Source of the DNA: an uncultured Alphaproteobacteria bacterium
GTDB taxonomy: Bacteria > Pseudomonadota > Alphaproteobacteria > RF32 > CAG-239
Direction of reading: 5' to 3'
Assembly (NCBI GenBank): GCA_904501925.1
Contig: CAJGCO010000004.1
Coordinates: forward strand, 5,593 to 69,592
Length of the DNA: 64,000 nucleotides
Shown: positions 7,765 to 18,553 of the stretch, in pieces
Layout of the letters: each line of letters starts with the position of its first letter
How positions within the stretch are numbered: position 1 is the first letter of the stretch
Made by a program: the position numbers and the translations under genes
Notes under the pieces: model-generated
The model's input: only the letters and a program-made list of their open reading frames with translations
Told to the model about the DNA's origin: nothing
Database searches by the model: none

Positions 7765-8748
7765 GTGAATAAAATGAGCGAAGAATATAATAAAATTTTA
7801 TATACACATCCTGTTGATGAAACAACTACTGGACAAAGAATTGATAAATTTATTGCTAGTGATATTGATGAATTATCGCGATCACAAGTTCAAAAACTCA
7901 TTGAAAAGGGAAATGTTTTTGCTGATGAAGAAATTATTGCTGATAATGATTTTAAAACAAGATTAGGAGATATTTATCAGATAACAATTCCAAACCCTGA
8001 AGAGCCAACTCCTGTTGCTCAAGATATAAAAATTGATGTTTTATATGAAGATAAAGACATTATCGTTGTCAACAAACCTGCTGGGATGACTGTTCACCCA
8101 GGGGCTGGTATAAACACTGGCACACTTGTAAACGCTTTATTGTATCATTGTAAAGATTCCTTATCAGGAATCGGTGGGGTCGCTAGACCAGGAATTGTAC
8201 ATAGAATTGATAAGAACACTAGTGGAATTCTTGTTGTAGCAAAAAATGATATTGCACACAGAGGTTTAGCTGAACAATTTTTTAAGCATTCTATTGAAAG
8301 AACTTATTTTGCTGTAGTTTATGGCGTTCCCTCACCTAAAAAAGGAACTATTGAGGGAAATATTGCAAGAAGTTATTATGATAGAAAAAAAATGGCATTG
8401 GTTCAAAGTGGTGGAAAATCGGCTATTACACACTATGAAGTTATGGAAAACTATAAGAATATTGCTTCACTTGTTAAATGTAACTTAGAAACAGGAAGGA
8501 CCCATCAAATTAGAGTACATTTATCTAGTATTGGCTGTCATTTGATTGGTGATGATATATATGAAAAACCTAAAAAGAGTAATATTAATCTTCCTGTTAT
8601 GGAAAAAAAATATGTAAATACCTTTCCAAGACAAGCTTTGCACGCATATTCTTTAGGCTTTATTCACCCTATTACTAAGAAAGAATTGTCTTTTTGTGTT
8701 GATGTGCCTGAAGACATACGAGAGCTAATTGGTGTTTTGAAGAAATAG
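7765..8748 (+). CDS. rluD: 23S rRNA pseudouridine synthase, RluA/RluD family with an N-terminal S4 domain
   Basis: HRIDKNTSGILVVAK catalytic motif, the GRTHQIRVH block and an S4-like N-terminus. The start could instead be the ATG at 7774. Confidence 0.88.
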   Translation: MNKMSEEYNKILYTHPVDETTTGQRIDKFIASDIDELSRSQVQKLIEKGNVFADEEIIADNDFKTRLGDIYQITIPNPEEPTPVAQDIKIDVLYEDKDIIVVNKPAGMTVHPGAGINTGTLVNALLYHCKDSLSGIGGVARPGIVHRIDKNTSGILVVAKNDIAHRGLAEQFFKHSIERTYFAVVYGVPSPKKGTIEGNIARSYYDRKKMALVQSGGKSAITHYEVMENYKNIASLVKCNLETGRTHQIRVHLSSIGCHLIGDDIYEKPKKSNINLPVMEKKYVNTFPRQALHAYSLGFIHPITKKELSFCVDVPEDIRELIGVLKK

Positions 8749-8874
8749 ATAATTAGTTGAGCTTAGAGTAAAAAAATCTTAAATTTCCATTAAAAACAAT
8801 ACAACCATTGTCTAGGTTGTGGAAAAAAAATTATTAAATATACTCTCCTTTAGTCAACTTTTAGGAGAAAGATT

Positions 8875-9750
8875 ATGAAAGAAGAACTTACTCTAAATGG
8901 ACTTGACTTTTCACCCGAAGAAAACTTAGCTAGATATCTTCAAAATATAAAAAAATATCCAATATTGACATCTGATGAAGAATATGACCTTGCTTTAGAG
9001 TATCAAAAAACTAAAGATAAAAACATCGCATACAAGCTTATTACATCACATTTGCGACTTGTGGTCAAAGTTGTTGCAAAATATAGAGGATATGGGCTAC
9101 CTGTTGGTGAGATGATTTCGGAAGGTAATATAGGATTAATGTATGCTATTGATAAATTTGAGCCAGAAAAAGGGTTTAGATTTTCTACTTATGCGTTATG
9201 GTGGATAAAAGCATCTGTTCAAAAATATATATTAAATTCTTGGTCTTTGGTTAAACTTGGAACAACTGCTGCACAAAAAAAATTATTTTTTAATCTTCGA
9301 AAAATAAAAAACAGGCTAAACTTGGTTGATGATAGAGACTTATCGCAAAATGTGTTATCAAATATTGCACAGTCACTTGATGTAAGTGTACAAGATGTCA
9401 CCGATATGAATATGAGACTAAAATCTCATGATGGCTCTTTAAACGCAATGGTTGATGGTGATCAAGATAGCTCTTCAGAATGGCTTGATTTTATTGCTGA
9501 CAATAAACCTAATCAAGAGGAAACTTTAGCACATAATGAAACTATAAAATATAGAAAAAAGATGTTCAACCAAGCTCTTTATGTGTTAAACACTAGAGAG
9601 AAAGATATTTTATTTAAACGTAGATTATATGATAAGGCTATTACTCTAGATGATTTAAGCAAAACCTACAATATATCTAAAGAAAGAGTGAGACAAATTG
9701 AGCTTAACTCTATAAAGAAAATAACTAAAGCAATAGAACTTATGCAATAA
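8875..9750 (+). CDS. rpoH: RNA polymerase sigma-32 heat-shock factor
   Basis: RpoH box AQKKLFFNLRKIK, sigma-70 region 2 (LRLVVKVVAKYRGYGLPVGEMISEGNIGLM) and a region 4 HTH (ISKERVRQIE). Confidence 0.92.
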   Translation: MKEELTLNGLDFSPEENLARYLQNIKKYPILTSDEEYDLALEYQKTKDKNIAYKLITSHLRLVVKVVAKYRGYGLPVGEMISEGNIGLMYAIDKFEPEKGFRFSTYALWWIKASVQKYILNSWSLVKLGTTAAQKKLFFNLRKIKNRLNLVDDRDLSQNVLSNIAQSLDVSVQDVTDMNMRLKSHDGSLNAMVDGDQDSSSEWLDFIADNKPNQEETLAHNETIKYRKKMFNQALYVLNTREKDILFKRRLYDKAITLDDLSKTYNISKERVRQIELNSIKKITKAIELMQ

Positions 9751-9825
9751 CTCTTGAAAAAGGACTAACTAATATTATCTATCTTTTACAAAAAATTTTT
9801 AATAAAACTATTGTGGGAATGATAG

Positions 9826-10962
9826 ATGAAAGTATATACAAAAGAGAGAAATGTTTATGTTTTATTATTGGTAGGAATGTGTCTTATTTCTTTTTATCTT
9901 GGATATTATATGTACAAACATAATAACCCTAAAGAAATTAAGCATATTCCTATTAATGATAGCGTTGTAATCAATGTTATGCCTCTTAAAACTCAAAACT
10001 TTATTGTAAAAAAATCTTATATTGGAAAAACAGAGGCAATAAACCAAGTACAAATCATTCCTTTTGTTAGTGGGTACATTAATAACATATCTATTAAAGA
10101 GGGAAGTTTTGTTAAAGAAGGTGATTTATTGATAAATATTAATCCTGATGAATATAATGCTAAACTTTTATCTGCTGATGCTAATGTATTGCAAACAAAA
10201 TCTAATTTGGACTATACAAAATCGTATTATGAACGAGTGCAAAAATCTGGTAAAAACACATTTTCTGAAACAGAAATAGAAAATGCAAAAAACAACTACA
10301 CAAAAGCAGAAGCTGCATATAAAGAAGCGTTAGCAAACCAATTATTTGCAAAAATAAATTATGATTACACAATAATTAAAGCCCCTATCTCAGGAAAGAT
10401 AGGAAATTTCAATTTAAGTGTTGGAGATTATGTTTCACCAAATGATGGAGGTTTAATACATATTATACAAACAACACCAATAAAAGTTGTGTTTTCTTTA
10501 AGCGATGTTGAGTATATAAATATGCTGCAAAACGATGGTAAACTTTTTAAAGACACCGTTATAAAACTAAAGCTTACAAACGGAGATATTTTTGAAAACT
10601 CAGGTGAGTTTAAATACAGTGATAACCAATTAAATAAAAGCACAAATTCTCTATCTGTATATGCATATTTTGATAATAAAAATAATATACTTTTGCCGAA
10701 CTCTTTTGTTAACATCGAAACAAGCAAAGAGCTCAAAAATATCATCCTTATAAAAAAGCAATATGTTAAAATGAAAGAAGATGGAAATTATATAAACATA
10801 GCAAGAAACAACAGTGTTTTTTCAGCCCCTATAAACATTTTATCTGAGAATATTGATGAATATGCTATAGAAAATACATTAATGGATGGTGATATGCTTG
10901 TTTTAGATGATATATCAACAATAAATAAAAATACAAAACTTATTTTCAACACAATAAAATAG
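9826..10962 (+). CDS. RND efflux periplasmic adaptor (membrane fusion protein)
   Basis: N-terminal TM anchor, a coiled-coil hairpin and the [21 protein letters not shown] lipoyl/beta-barrel motif. Lies upstream of the RND pump. Confidence 0.85.
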   Translation: MKVYTKERNVYVLLLVGMCLISFYLGYYMYKHNNPKEIKHIPINDSVVINVMPLKTQNFIVKKSYIGKTEAINQVQIIPFVSGYINNISIKEGSFVKEGDLLININPDEYNAKLLSADANVLQTKSNLDYTKSYYERVQKSGKNTFSETEIENAKNNYTKAEAAYKEALANQLFAKINYDYTIIKAPISGKIGNFNLSVGDYVSPNDGGLIHIIQTTPIKVVFSLSDVEYINMLQNDGKLFKDTVIKLKLTNGDIFENSGEFKYSDNQLNKSTNSLSVYAYFDNKNNILLPNSFVNIETSKELKNIILIKKQYVKMKEDGNYINIARNNSVFSAPINILSENIDEYAIENTLMDGDMLVLDDISTINKNTKLIFNTIK

Positions 10963-10975
10963 CTGGGAGATTAAT

Positions 10976-13900
10976 ATGTTTTCTAAGTTTTTTATTGATA
11001 GACCTAGATTTGCGATTGTTATATCTATCGTTTTACTTATTTTGGGAGGGCTTGCATTTAAGATGCTTCCTATATCACAATTTCCAAATATTACACCACC
11101 GCAAGTTAGTGTTAAAACATCTTATTTGGGGGCAAATGCACAAGTTTTGGTTGATACTGTTGCCGTACCTATTGAAAATCAGATGAACGGTGTTGAAAAC
11201 ATGATTTATATGTCTTCAACATCTGATGATAATGGTTCGTACAACTTAACTGTTACTTTTGATATTGGAACAGATCCTGACATAGCACAGGTTAAGGTAC
11301 AAAACAGGATACAGCAAGCAAATAGCGAATTACCAGAAGAAGTTATTAGAGAAGGTGTTGATATTTCAACAGAAAACTCTGATATGTTGGCAATGATTGC
11401 TTTTCAGTCTCCTAATAACACTTATTCTGATTTATACTTAAGCAATTATGCATACACAAATATTAAAAACCCTTTATCTAGAATTAAAGGAGTAGGAAAT
11501 GTACAAATTTTTGGCCCACAATATAGTATGAGAATTTGGCTTAATATTGATAAGCTAACAAATTTTGGATTAACAAGTTCGGACATTATAAACACAATAA
11601 AACAACAAAACACCCAAGCTGCTGTTGGCAGTATTGGAGCTGCTCCTAGTGATAAAAAAAATGATATTGTTCTAAGCCTTAGCGCAAAAGGATTATTAAA
11701 TAGTGTAGAAGATTTTTCTAATATAATCATTACAACAGATGAGAATGGTGGTGTTGTTTACTTAAAAGATGTAGCTCAAATTGTTTTAGGACAAGATTCA
11801 TATAACTTAAACTCTAAATTTAATAATTCGCCTGCTGTTATTATTGCTCTTAGCCAGACACCAAATACTAACGCTATTGAGATTATGAAAAATGTGAAAA
11901 AAGAATTAGAAAATCTATCTATGAACTTTGATGAAGATATGGATATATCTGTAGCTTACGACTCAACGGCATATGTTAGCGCATCTATTGATGCAATTAT
12001 TGAAACGCTATTTATCACTTTTATGTTAGTGGTATTGGTTACTTATTTGTTTTTACAAAAAGCAAAAACGACATTCATTCCTCTTATTACTATACCTGTA
12101 TCTTTAGTTGCAACTGGAATTATTATATATCTTTTGGGTTTTGATATAAATATTTTAACCCTTTTTGCCATGATTTTGGTTATTGGTCTAGTTGTTGATG
12201 ATGCTATTATTGTTGTAGAACGAGTACAATATTTAATGACAAATGAAGGGCTAAACTCTTATGATGCATCTATTAAAGCTATGCAACAAATTGGTAGCGC
12301 AGTTATTGCAACAACTTTTGTTTTACTTGCTATATTTGTACCGGTAGGTTTAATGGTTGGAATAACTGGAAAAATATATCAACAATTTGCTGTTGCAATC
12401 GCAACTGCTGTTGTATTTTCTGCAATTAATGCTTTAACACTAAGCCCTGCTATATGCTCTATTTTACTAAAAAAAACAGATACAAAAATTGGAGCATTTT
12501 TTAAAATATTTAACAATGGATTAGATTTTTTTAGAGATAAATATGTTAGTGTTGTTGGATTTTTTTCGAAGCACATTGTTTTAACCTCTTTAATTATAAT
12601 CTGCACAATTATTTTAATAGCAATAGGATTTAAATACACTGCTTCATCTTTTTTACCAGAAGAAGATCAAGGGATAATATTTGCAAATATTCAGCTAGAT
12701 ACAACTGCTAGCATAAATAAGACAAATGAGGTTTTATCAGATCTATCAACAAAAGCTCTTAAAGTAAAAGGAGTTAAATATGTTATTAGTGTTGCTGGAT
12801 ATAGTATTTTAGGTGGAAGTGGAGAAAATGTTGCGTTAGGAGTTATTGGTTTAGATGATTGGAGTAAAAGACAATCTAAAGATTTAACTCTTAATGCCAT
12901 ATCTAAACAATTAAAAGAAATGTTTAACTCATCTAAAGTGGCAGACATTAACTTTTTTGCCCCACCTTCAATTCCAGGTATTGGTCAAAGTAATGGTCTG
13001 TCTTTAGAATTAATTGCCACGAACAATAGCTTAACCCCTAATGATTTAGCAGATACTTTAAAAAATTATCTCAATATTATAAACAAGGATAAAGATTTCG
13101 AATATGCATTTAGTACATTTAGATCAGATACTCCACATATTTATTTAAACGTTGATAGAGAAAAACTATTATTTTATGGGATTGAGGTTAGCGAGCTATT
13201 CAATACATTACAAGCTAATTTAGGAGCTTCATATATAAACAATATTACCCTAAGTGGACAAGTTAATCGTGTTATATTACAGGCAGATTTTGATTATCGA
13301 AAAAGCATTGACGATATTAAGAATTTATATGTAAAATCCAACAATGGTAATCTAATTAAAATTGGTAGTTTTGCCACTATTTCTACTGAAATATCGCCTA
13401 AGATTATATCTAGATATAACTTATATACATCAGCACCAATTAATGCTCAAGCAACACAAAATATTAGTAGTGGACAAGCTATGGATAAGCTAGAAAAAAT
13501 TGCTAAACAAGTTTTACCCAAAGGTTTTAATATTAATTGGACAGACTTATCGCTTCAAGAAGCAGAAACACGTGGAATTATTGGAGCATTAATTACATTT
13601 GCTGTTATTTTTTGTTATTTATTTCTTGTTGCACAATATGAAAGCTGGATGCTTGCTTTTTCTGTAATGTTCTCAACCGTTTTTGCTGTTGGAGGCGCTT
13701 TGATTGGATTAAAAACATTTGGGCTTCCATTGAGCATTTATGCACAACTTGGCATTATTCTTTTAATTGGTCTTGCGGCTAAAAATGCTATTTTAATAGT
13801 AGAATTTACAAAAGAATATAGAGAAAAAGGATATAGCATTTTAGAAGCATCAAAAAAAGGCGCTAGCGAAAGATTTAGAGCTGTTTTAATGACTGCTATG

Positions 13901-14113
13901 ACTTTTATTTTGGGCGTATTTCCAATGATTATTGCCACTGGCCCTGGTGCAAACTCACAAATATCTATTGGTGTTAGTGTTTTCTTTGGAATGCTTTTTG
14001 CAACAACTATTGGTATTATTTTTATACCAGCGCTTTTTTCAGTGTTTGAAAGCATTAAGGAGTATTTCTTTCCTGTTAATAAATATAAAACAAAGGAAAA
14101 CAAAGATGAATAG
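10976..14113 (+). CDS. RND multidrug efflux permease, AcrB/HAE1 family
   Basis: 1045 aa. Canonical N-terminus [35 protein letters not shown], with a 12-TM architecture. Confidence 0.92.
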   Translation: MFSKFFIDRPRFAIVISIVLLILGGLAFKMLPISQFPNITPPQVSVKTSYLGANAQVLVDTVAVPIENQMNGVENMIYMSSTSDDNGSYNLTVTFDIGTDPDIAQVKVQNRIQQANSELPEEVIREGVDISTENSDMLAMIAFQSPNNTYSDLYLSNYAYTNIKNPLSRIKGVGNVQIFGPQYSMRIWLNIDKLTNFGLTSSDIINTIKQQNTQAAVGSIGAAPSDKKNDIVLSLSAKGLLNSVEDFSNIIITTDENGGVVYLKDVAQIVLGQDSYNLNSKFNNSPAVIIALSQTPNTNAIEIMKNVKKELENLSMNFDEDMDISVAYDSTAYVSASIDAIIETLFITFMLVVLVTYLFLQKAKTTFIPLITIPVSLVATGIIIYLLGFDINILTLFAMILVIGLVVDDAIIVVERVQYLMTNEGLNSYDASIKAMQQIGSAVIATTFVLLAIFVPVGLMVGITGKIYQQFAVAIATAVVFSAINALTLSPAICSILLKKTDTKIGAFFKIFNNGLDFFRDKYVSVVGFFSKHIVLTSLIIICTIILIAIGFKYTASSFLPEEDQGIIFANIQLDTTASINKTNEVLSDLSTKALKVKGVKYVISVAGYSILGGSGENVALGVIGLDDWSKRQSKDLTLNAISKQLKEMFNSSKVADINFFAPPSIPGIGQSNGLSLELIATNNSLTPNDLADTLKNYLNIINKDKDFEYAFSTFRSDTPHIYLNVDREKLLFYGIEVSELFNTLQANLGASYINNITLSGQVNRVILQADFDYRKSIDDIKNLYVKSNNGNLIKIGSFATISTEISPKIISRYNLYTSAPINAQATQNISSGQAMDKLEKIAKQVLPKGFNINWTDLSLQEAETRGIIGALITFAVIFCYLFLVAQYESWMLAFSVMFSTVFAVGGALIGLKTFGLPLSIYAQLGIILLIGLAAKNAILIVEFTKEYREKGYSILEASKKGASERFRAVLMTAMTFILGVFPMIIATGPGANSQISIGVSVFFGMLFATTIGIIFIPALFSVFESIKEYFFPVNKYKTKENKDE

Positions 14114-15512
14114 AATTTTAATGTTACTTATTATAAATACCTTAGTTGCTTGTTCTGTTGGAGATGAGTATAAAAGCAATGACTTCATATCTCAAACAGA
14201 GATAAAAGAAACTCTTAAAATAGGAAACACTGATAAAACAATTACACATAATTGGTTTGAAATATTCAACGATAAAGATTTAAATACACTACTCATATAC
14301 GCAATAAATAGTAATTTTAGCATAAAACAAGGAATAGAAAGATTAAAACAATCTAGACTACAATATATGATAAAATCAAAATCATATTATCCGATGATAA
14401 ACTCTCAAAACAATTATTCTTTCAGTAAAAGCAATAACATATCAAACACTTATTCTAACACCAATGACTTTAGAGTTGGATTTGATTTTTCTTGGGAGAT
14501 AGATGTTTGGGGAAAAGGCAAACATATCAGCGAACAATATTATCAGTTATTAAAAAATGCTCAATATTCTATAGCAAATATTAAAGTTATGATAATATCT
14601 GAAATTATATTAAACTACATAGAACTACGATCTACTCAGGAAAAACTTAGCATAGCCAACAAAAACTTATCGCTTCAAAATGCTATTTTAGATACAATTA
14701 AAGGAAAATATAATTCAGGAATTGAAACAGAACTAGCTTTAAGCCACGCTAATTTTGTTACTGAAAAGACAAAACAACTTATACCTGAATACAAATCACA
14801 AATTGAACAAAGCAAGAATGCTATTGCAACACTGCTTGGCGTCCTACCACAAAAACTACCAATAAACCTTGAAAAAACAAACAATAACATAGCATCAAAA
14901 ACATTTAAATACAGTGTAAAAAAACTACACAAACTTCCTTTAAATATTATACAAACAAGACCTGATGTTGTTATTGCCGAAACAAACATTAAAAAGCAAA
15001 ACGCAATAGTAAACCAAGCAATTACAGATTTATATCCTGATATTAATCTAGATATGGCATGGGGGTTTATGAATACAAGTGGCTCTAATTTATTTAATAC
15101 TAAATCTCAAGTTTATAGCTATACACCTGAAATATACATTCCAATTTGGAATTGGGGACAACTAAAAAACAACATTGAGCTACAAAAGAGCATAAAAGAA
15201 GAATATTTATTAAACTACAATGAAGCCGTTTTAACTGCAATACTAGAAATAAAAACAGCAATAGACACTATCAAACACACATACACCCAAAACAAACATG
15301 CTACAAATGCTTTAAATCAAATAAAAAACATATTAAAACTAACAAAAAATAAATATGAAAATGGGTTGATTGAATTTAGTGAACTAGCAAAAGCAGAGCA
15401 AAATTTACTTGATGCTCAAAATAATCTTATAGATAGCAATGCAAATATTATAAAAAACATTGCTGCTTTTTATAAAGCGACAGGAGGCGGATATAATATT
15501 TATGAAAACTAG
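14106..15512 (+). CDS. efflux outer-membrane factor lipoprotein, NodT/TolC family
   Basis: The preferred start is the ATG at 14106 ([16 protein letters not shown] lipobox), which overlaps the pump stop by 8 nt. It has the [14 protein letters not shown] motif. The track ORF start at 13932 lies inside the pump gene. Confidence 0.85.
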   Translation: MNRILMLLIINTLVACSVGDEYKSNDFISQTEIKETLKIGNTDKTITHNWFEIFNDKDLNTLLIYAINSNFSIKQGIERLKQSRLQYMIKSKSYYPMINSQNNYSFSKSNNISNTYSNTNDFRVGFDFSWEIDVWGKGKHISEQYYQLLKNAQYSIANIKVMIISEIILNYIELRSTQEKLSIANKNLSLQNAILDTIKGKYNSGIETELALSHANFVTEKTKQLIPEYKSQIEQSKNAIATLLGVLPQKLPINLEKTNNNIASKTFKYSVKKLHKLPLNIIQTRPDVVIAETNIKKQNAIVNQAITDLYPDINLDMAWGFMNTSGSNLFNTKSQVYSYTPEIYIPIWNWGQLKNNIELQKSIKEEYLLNYNEAVLTAILEIKTAIDTIKHTYTQNKHATNALNQIKNILKLTKNKYENGLIEFSELAKAEQNLLDAQNNLIDSNANIIKNIAAFYKATGGGYNIYEN

Positions 15513-15970
15513 TCGTAATGATATGTGTCATCAAAAGGAACGTCTTGATTTACACTTTGAGGCTTGTAAACAAACAAATTAGATGCCTCAGGAATATCCG
15601 TTGTACGTTCAACATAGCCTTTTCTTAGCATACATCTTTGATATGCTCTTGGACTTGACTTACTATCATTACGAACAGAATTAACCATTATTGGCATAGC
15701 ACCAGGGTATGGCACAAAACTTGCCCATATACCATGTTCTTTATGCCATTTTACAACAATATCATAACGTTGTTCTTCTGAGCGCAACCAACTCTTGAAG
15801 CTTGGGAAAAATTTTATAGGCTCTGCTTGACGCATGCATTCAGAATGATCTCTGGCAAATTTTACTCCACCGGTATTATATCTATCCCAATGAAAAACAA
15901 CCTGTCCTTTTCCACTAGTACAAGAACAAAGCATTATAATTGATAGTATTGTTGTATATACTTTTTTCAT
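15509..15970 (-). CDS. hypothetical lipoprotein
   Basis: 153 aa with a signal peptide and lipobox (IIMLCSC). No family recognised. Confidence 0.65.
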   Translation of the reverse strand: MKKVYTTILSIIMLCSCTSGKGQVVFHWDRYNTGGVKFARDHSECMRQAEPIKFFPSFKSWLRSEEQRYDIVVKWHKEHGIWASFVPYPGAMPIMVNSVRNDSKSSPRAYQRCMLRKGYVERTTDIPEASNLFVYKPQSVNQDVPFDDTYHYD

Positions 15971-15971
15971 A

Positions 15972-16637
15972 TTAAAAATCCAAATTTGTATAATGTTTTG
16001 ATGGAGGAATGCCTTTTATATTATCTTTTAGAATATCCTTAAAACTTGGTCTTGATTTTATTTTTGCATACCAAATTTTGGCATTTTTATACTTATCCCA
16101 AGAGATATCGCCTAGATAATCTATAACTGATAAATATGCTGCAACAGTTAAATCAGCTAAACTAACCTCATCGCTACAAATATAATTATTACATTCTGTT
16201 AGATAATCTACATATTCCATGTGGTAATGAAGGTTATTTAATCCTGCTTTTAAGATTTTTGAATCTGGGGCTTGGCGAAGATGAAAACGTTTTATAATTT
16301 TTTCATTTACTATGTATTTATACACTTCATTATAAAACTTGGTATCAAACCAATCAACAACTCGTCTAATATCAGCTCTTTTTTTAGCATTTTCTGGCAA
16401 TAACTTATATTGAGGGTTGCTTTCTTCTAAATATTCTGTAACAGCATAATTTCCAGAAACAACAACCCCATCAAAAACAAGTATTGGCAAATCTCCTGCA
16501 GGATTGATATCTAAAACATTCTTAGACATATTCCATGGTTCTTCTTCTTTTAACACAAACAACATCTTTTTTTCAGCCATAATAAGACGAGCCTTTCTTG
16601 ATTGAGGCGATATACTATGATGAACCAAAAGAACCAT
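15972..16637 (-). CDS. glutathione S-transferase family protein
   Basis: A thioredoxin-like N-terminal domain (SPQSRKARL...INPAGDLPILVFDGVVVSGNYAVTEYLEE) plus a helical C-terminal domain. Confidence 0.72.
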   Translation of the reverse strand: MVLLVHHSISPQSRKARLIMAEKKMLFVLKEEEPWNMSKNVLDINPAGDLPILVFDGVVVSGNYAVTEYLEESNPQYKLLPENAKKRADIRRVVDWFDTKFYNEVYKYIVNEKIIKRFHLRQAPDSKILKAGLNNLHYHMEYVDYLTECNNYICSDEVSLADLTVAAYLSVIDYLGDISWDKYKNAKIWYAKIKSRPSFKDILKDNIKGIPPSKHYTNLDF

Positions 16638-16707
16638 TTTTCTCTCCTTAATTTTGCGTTATACTATATCCTTATTTTATATTTTTCAAGCTTTTGTTTG
16701 ATTGTTT

Positions 16708-17652
16708 TTAGTTATTCTCACCTTCTTGGGGTGTCGCAGAAGAATTAATATATTGAGGCGGAACAACCCCTTTAGTATTTTCTTTGTATCCTTCTAACAT
16801 TTTTGTAAAAATCTCATCTCTTACACTTTTATATCTATTGCTTTTTAGATATTTTTTTAGCTGAGCAATTCTTGGCATATTAAGCATTTCTGCATCCAAA
16901 CGAATAAACATCGGCATTTTCCAAATAGGTTCAACGCTATATCTAACATAAGGCCTTAAACCTACCTTATACAAAGCTATTTGACTTGGATAGTATGTTC
17001 CAACCATAAAATCAACTTTTGATGTCATTATTTTTTCAAATGCTTCATCCCAGCTTTCAACTTCTTTTATATTTAATCTAGAAAACTCACTTAATACATA
17101 ATCAGAAAAACTATCTTGTTTTACATAAATTCCTCTATATTTTTTCAAATCCTCTTTTTCTTTTACATCCAAATCTTTATCTGAAGGCACAATAAAGTGC
17201 ACATTGTTTTCCATTATTGACGGATAAAGAAAATCATTCTTGCTATATTTATATTCTCTATAATATACCCCAATAAGTCCCCTATAGGACTCCAAATCAC
17301 GATAATCTCTTCTTTCAAAATCCTCCTCAACTAACGAAAAATCTCGACTATAACTTGAGATAGTTATTAATATATGTTCTCTATCAAACAAATCTCTAAA
17401 TATTTTATTGAAAATAGAACCATACTCTTTAGAGGAAAAAGGAAAATTATCTGGTTTTGCCAACATAAATATATTAAACTGATCCGTGTATATGTCTTTT
17501 GTTTTTTCACCTATATACAATGGCTCTTTATACCCGTTTTTTCTTGTATACGTTTCAGCTTTTTTAAATATTTCGGCATTATCAACAGCCTCGGCTCTTA
17601 GGTTTAAGCAGAAAAAACAGCAAAATATTGTTAGAAAACTAAATAACCTCAT
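16708..17652 (-). CDS. hypothetical periplasmic protein, possibly solute-binding-protein family 3-like
   Basis: 314 aa with a signal peptide (CLNLRAEA). The layout resembles type 2 periplasmic binding proteins. This assignment is weak. Confidence 0.55.
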   Translation of the reverse strand: MRLFSFLTIFCCFFCLNLRAEAVDNAEIFKKAETYTRKNGYKEPLYIGEKTKDIYTDQFNIFMLAKPDNFPFSSKEYGSIFNKIFRDLFDREHILITISSYSRDFSLVEEDFERRDYRDLESYRGLIGVYYREYKYSKNDFLYPSIMENNVHFIVPSDKDLDVKEKEDLKKYRGIYVKQDSFSDYVLSEFSRLNIKEVESWDEAFEKIMTSKVDFMVGTYYPSQIALYKVGLRPYVRYSVEPIWKMPMFIRLDAEMLNMPRIAQLKKYLKSNRYKSVRDEIFTKMLEGYKENTKGVVPPQYINSSATPQEGENN

Positions 17653-17752
17653 TTATTTGCTCCTAGATAAAAAGAATTCTTTGATATTTAAAGTATAATT
17701 GTTATAGTGTTAAAAAATGATTTAATTTATCTGTTTTTATGAGGATTTTAGT

Positions 17753-18553
17753 TTGAAAGAAGTTTCGGATATTATTTATAATAGCTTATTCTTGGAAACT
17801 ATGCATAATAAGAATATTTATGCTCTTATTTCTGGGGCTGAAAATATTGGGGCTTCTTGGCTTGCTTTGACGCTTGCACACGCATTGAATAAACAAAAAC
17901 AAAAAGTTTTAACCATTGATGGAATTGGAAACTATTCTAATATTCTAGAATATATATCCATTCAGAATCCAATGTATATTGAAGAATATATCAAAGGTAG
18001 AAAAACATTAAATCAACTTGTTCTCGCTTATAGAAATCAAAACTTTAATATATTAACTGGAATGGCTGGTAATAATTATATCAACTCATTACCTTTAGGA
18101 CGAGCACAGGTTCTGACAAATGATATACAAATTATTGCTCAAAATTATGACCATACTTTTATTGATGCTGGAAGTGAAATAAATCCTAACAACCTATCTT
18201 TTTATAATATTGCAGATAATATTATTATTCTTTGTTCTGAAAACAATTCAGATATGGTTAGGACTTTTGATTTAATAAAAAATATTAATGAAGCCGGTAT
18301 TCAGACTAACTATAGTTTGATTGTGAACAAGGTTAACTCTTATGAAGATGGTTATAAAGTGTATGAAAAATTAAGCAATGTTATTGAAAAAAACGGCTTG
18401 AATTTTCCTAGTTTGCTTGGTATTATTAGATTTGACACAAGAATTCGCGATACAATAAAAAATAAAGAACTTTTATTAAATCGTTATCCTGAATCGGAAG
18501 CAGCTATTGATATTTGCGAAATTGTAGAGAAAATTAAAAGAGGTATAAGATAA
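17753..18553 (+). CDS. MinD/ParA/FlhG-family protein with a degenerate Walker A (predicted non-catalytic)
   Basis: Family-wide collinearity: IYALISG-AENIGAS-WLALTLAHAL, VLTIDG, YDHTFIDAGS, ADNIIILCSEN, LIVNKV. The SGKGGVGKT motif is replaced by SGAENIGAS. The start could instead be the ATG at 17801. Confidence 0.72.
   Translation: MKEVSDIIYNSLFLETMHNKNIYALISGAENIGASWLALTLAHALNKQKQKVLTIDGIGNYSNILEYISIQNPMYIEEYIKGRKTLNQLVLAYRNQNFNILTGMAGNNYINSLPLGRAQVLTNDIQIIAQNYDHTFIDAGSEINPNNLSFYNIADNIIILCSENNSDMVRTFDLIKNINEAGIQTNYSLIVNKVNSYEDGYKVYEKLSNVIEKNGLNFPSLLGIIRFDTRIRDTIKNKELLLNRYPESEAAIDICEIVEKIKRGIR

Noticed and set aside
8749-8874. Possible regulatory RNA structure or thermosensor upstream of rpoH.
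   Set aside because: Only a weak 6-bp hairpin is present (acaacc...ggttgt), with no U-tract and no pairing to the RBS or start codon. This is insufficient evidence.
13932-14105. N-terminal extension of the outer-membrane-factor ORF, which would make it 526 aa.
   Set aside because: The extension overlaps the 3' end of the RND pump gene in another frame. A canonical lipoprotein signal ([16 protein letters not shown]) begins at the ATG at 14106.
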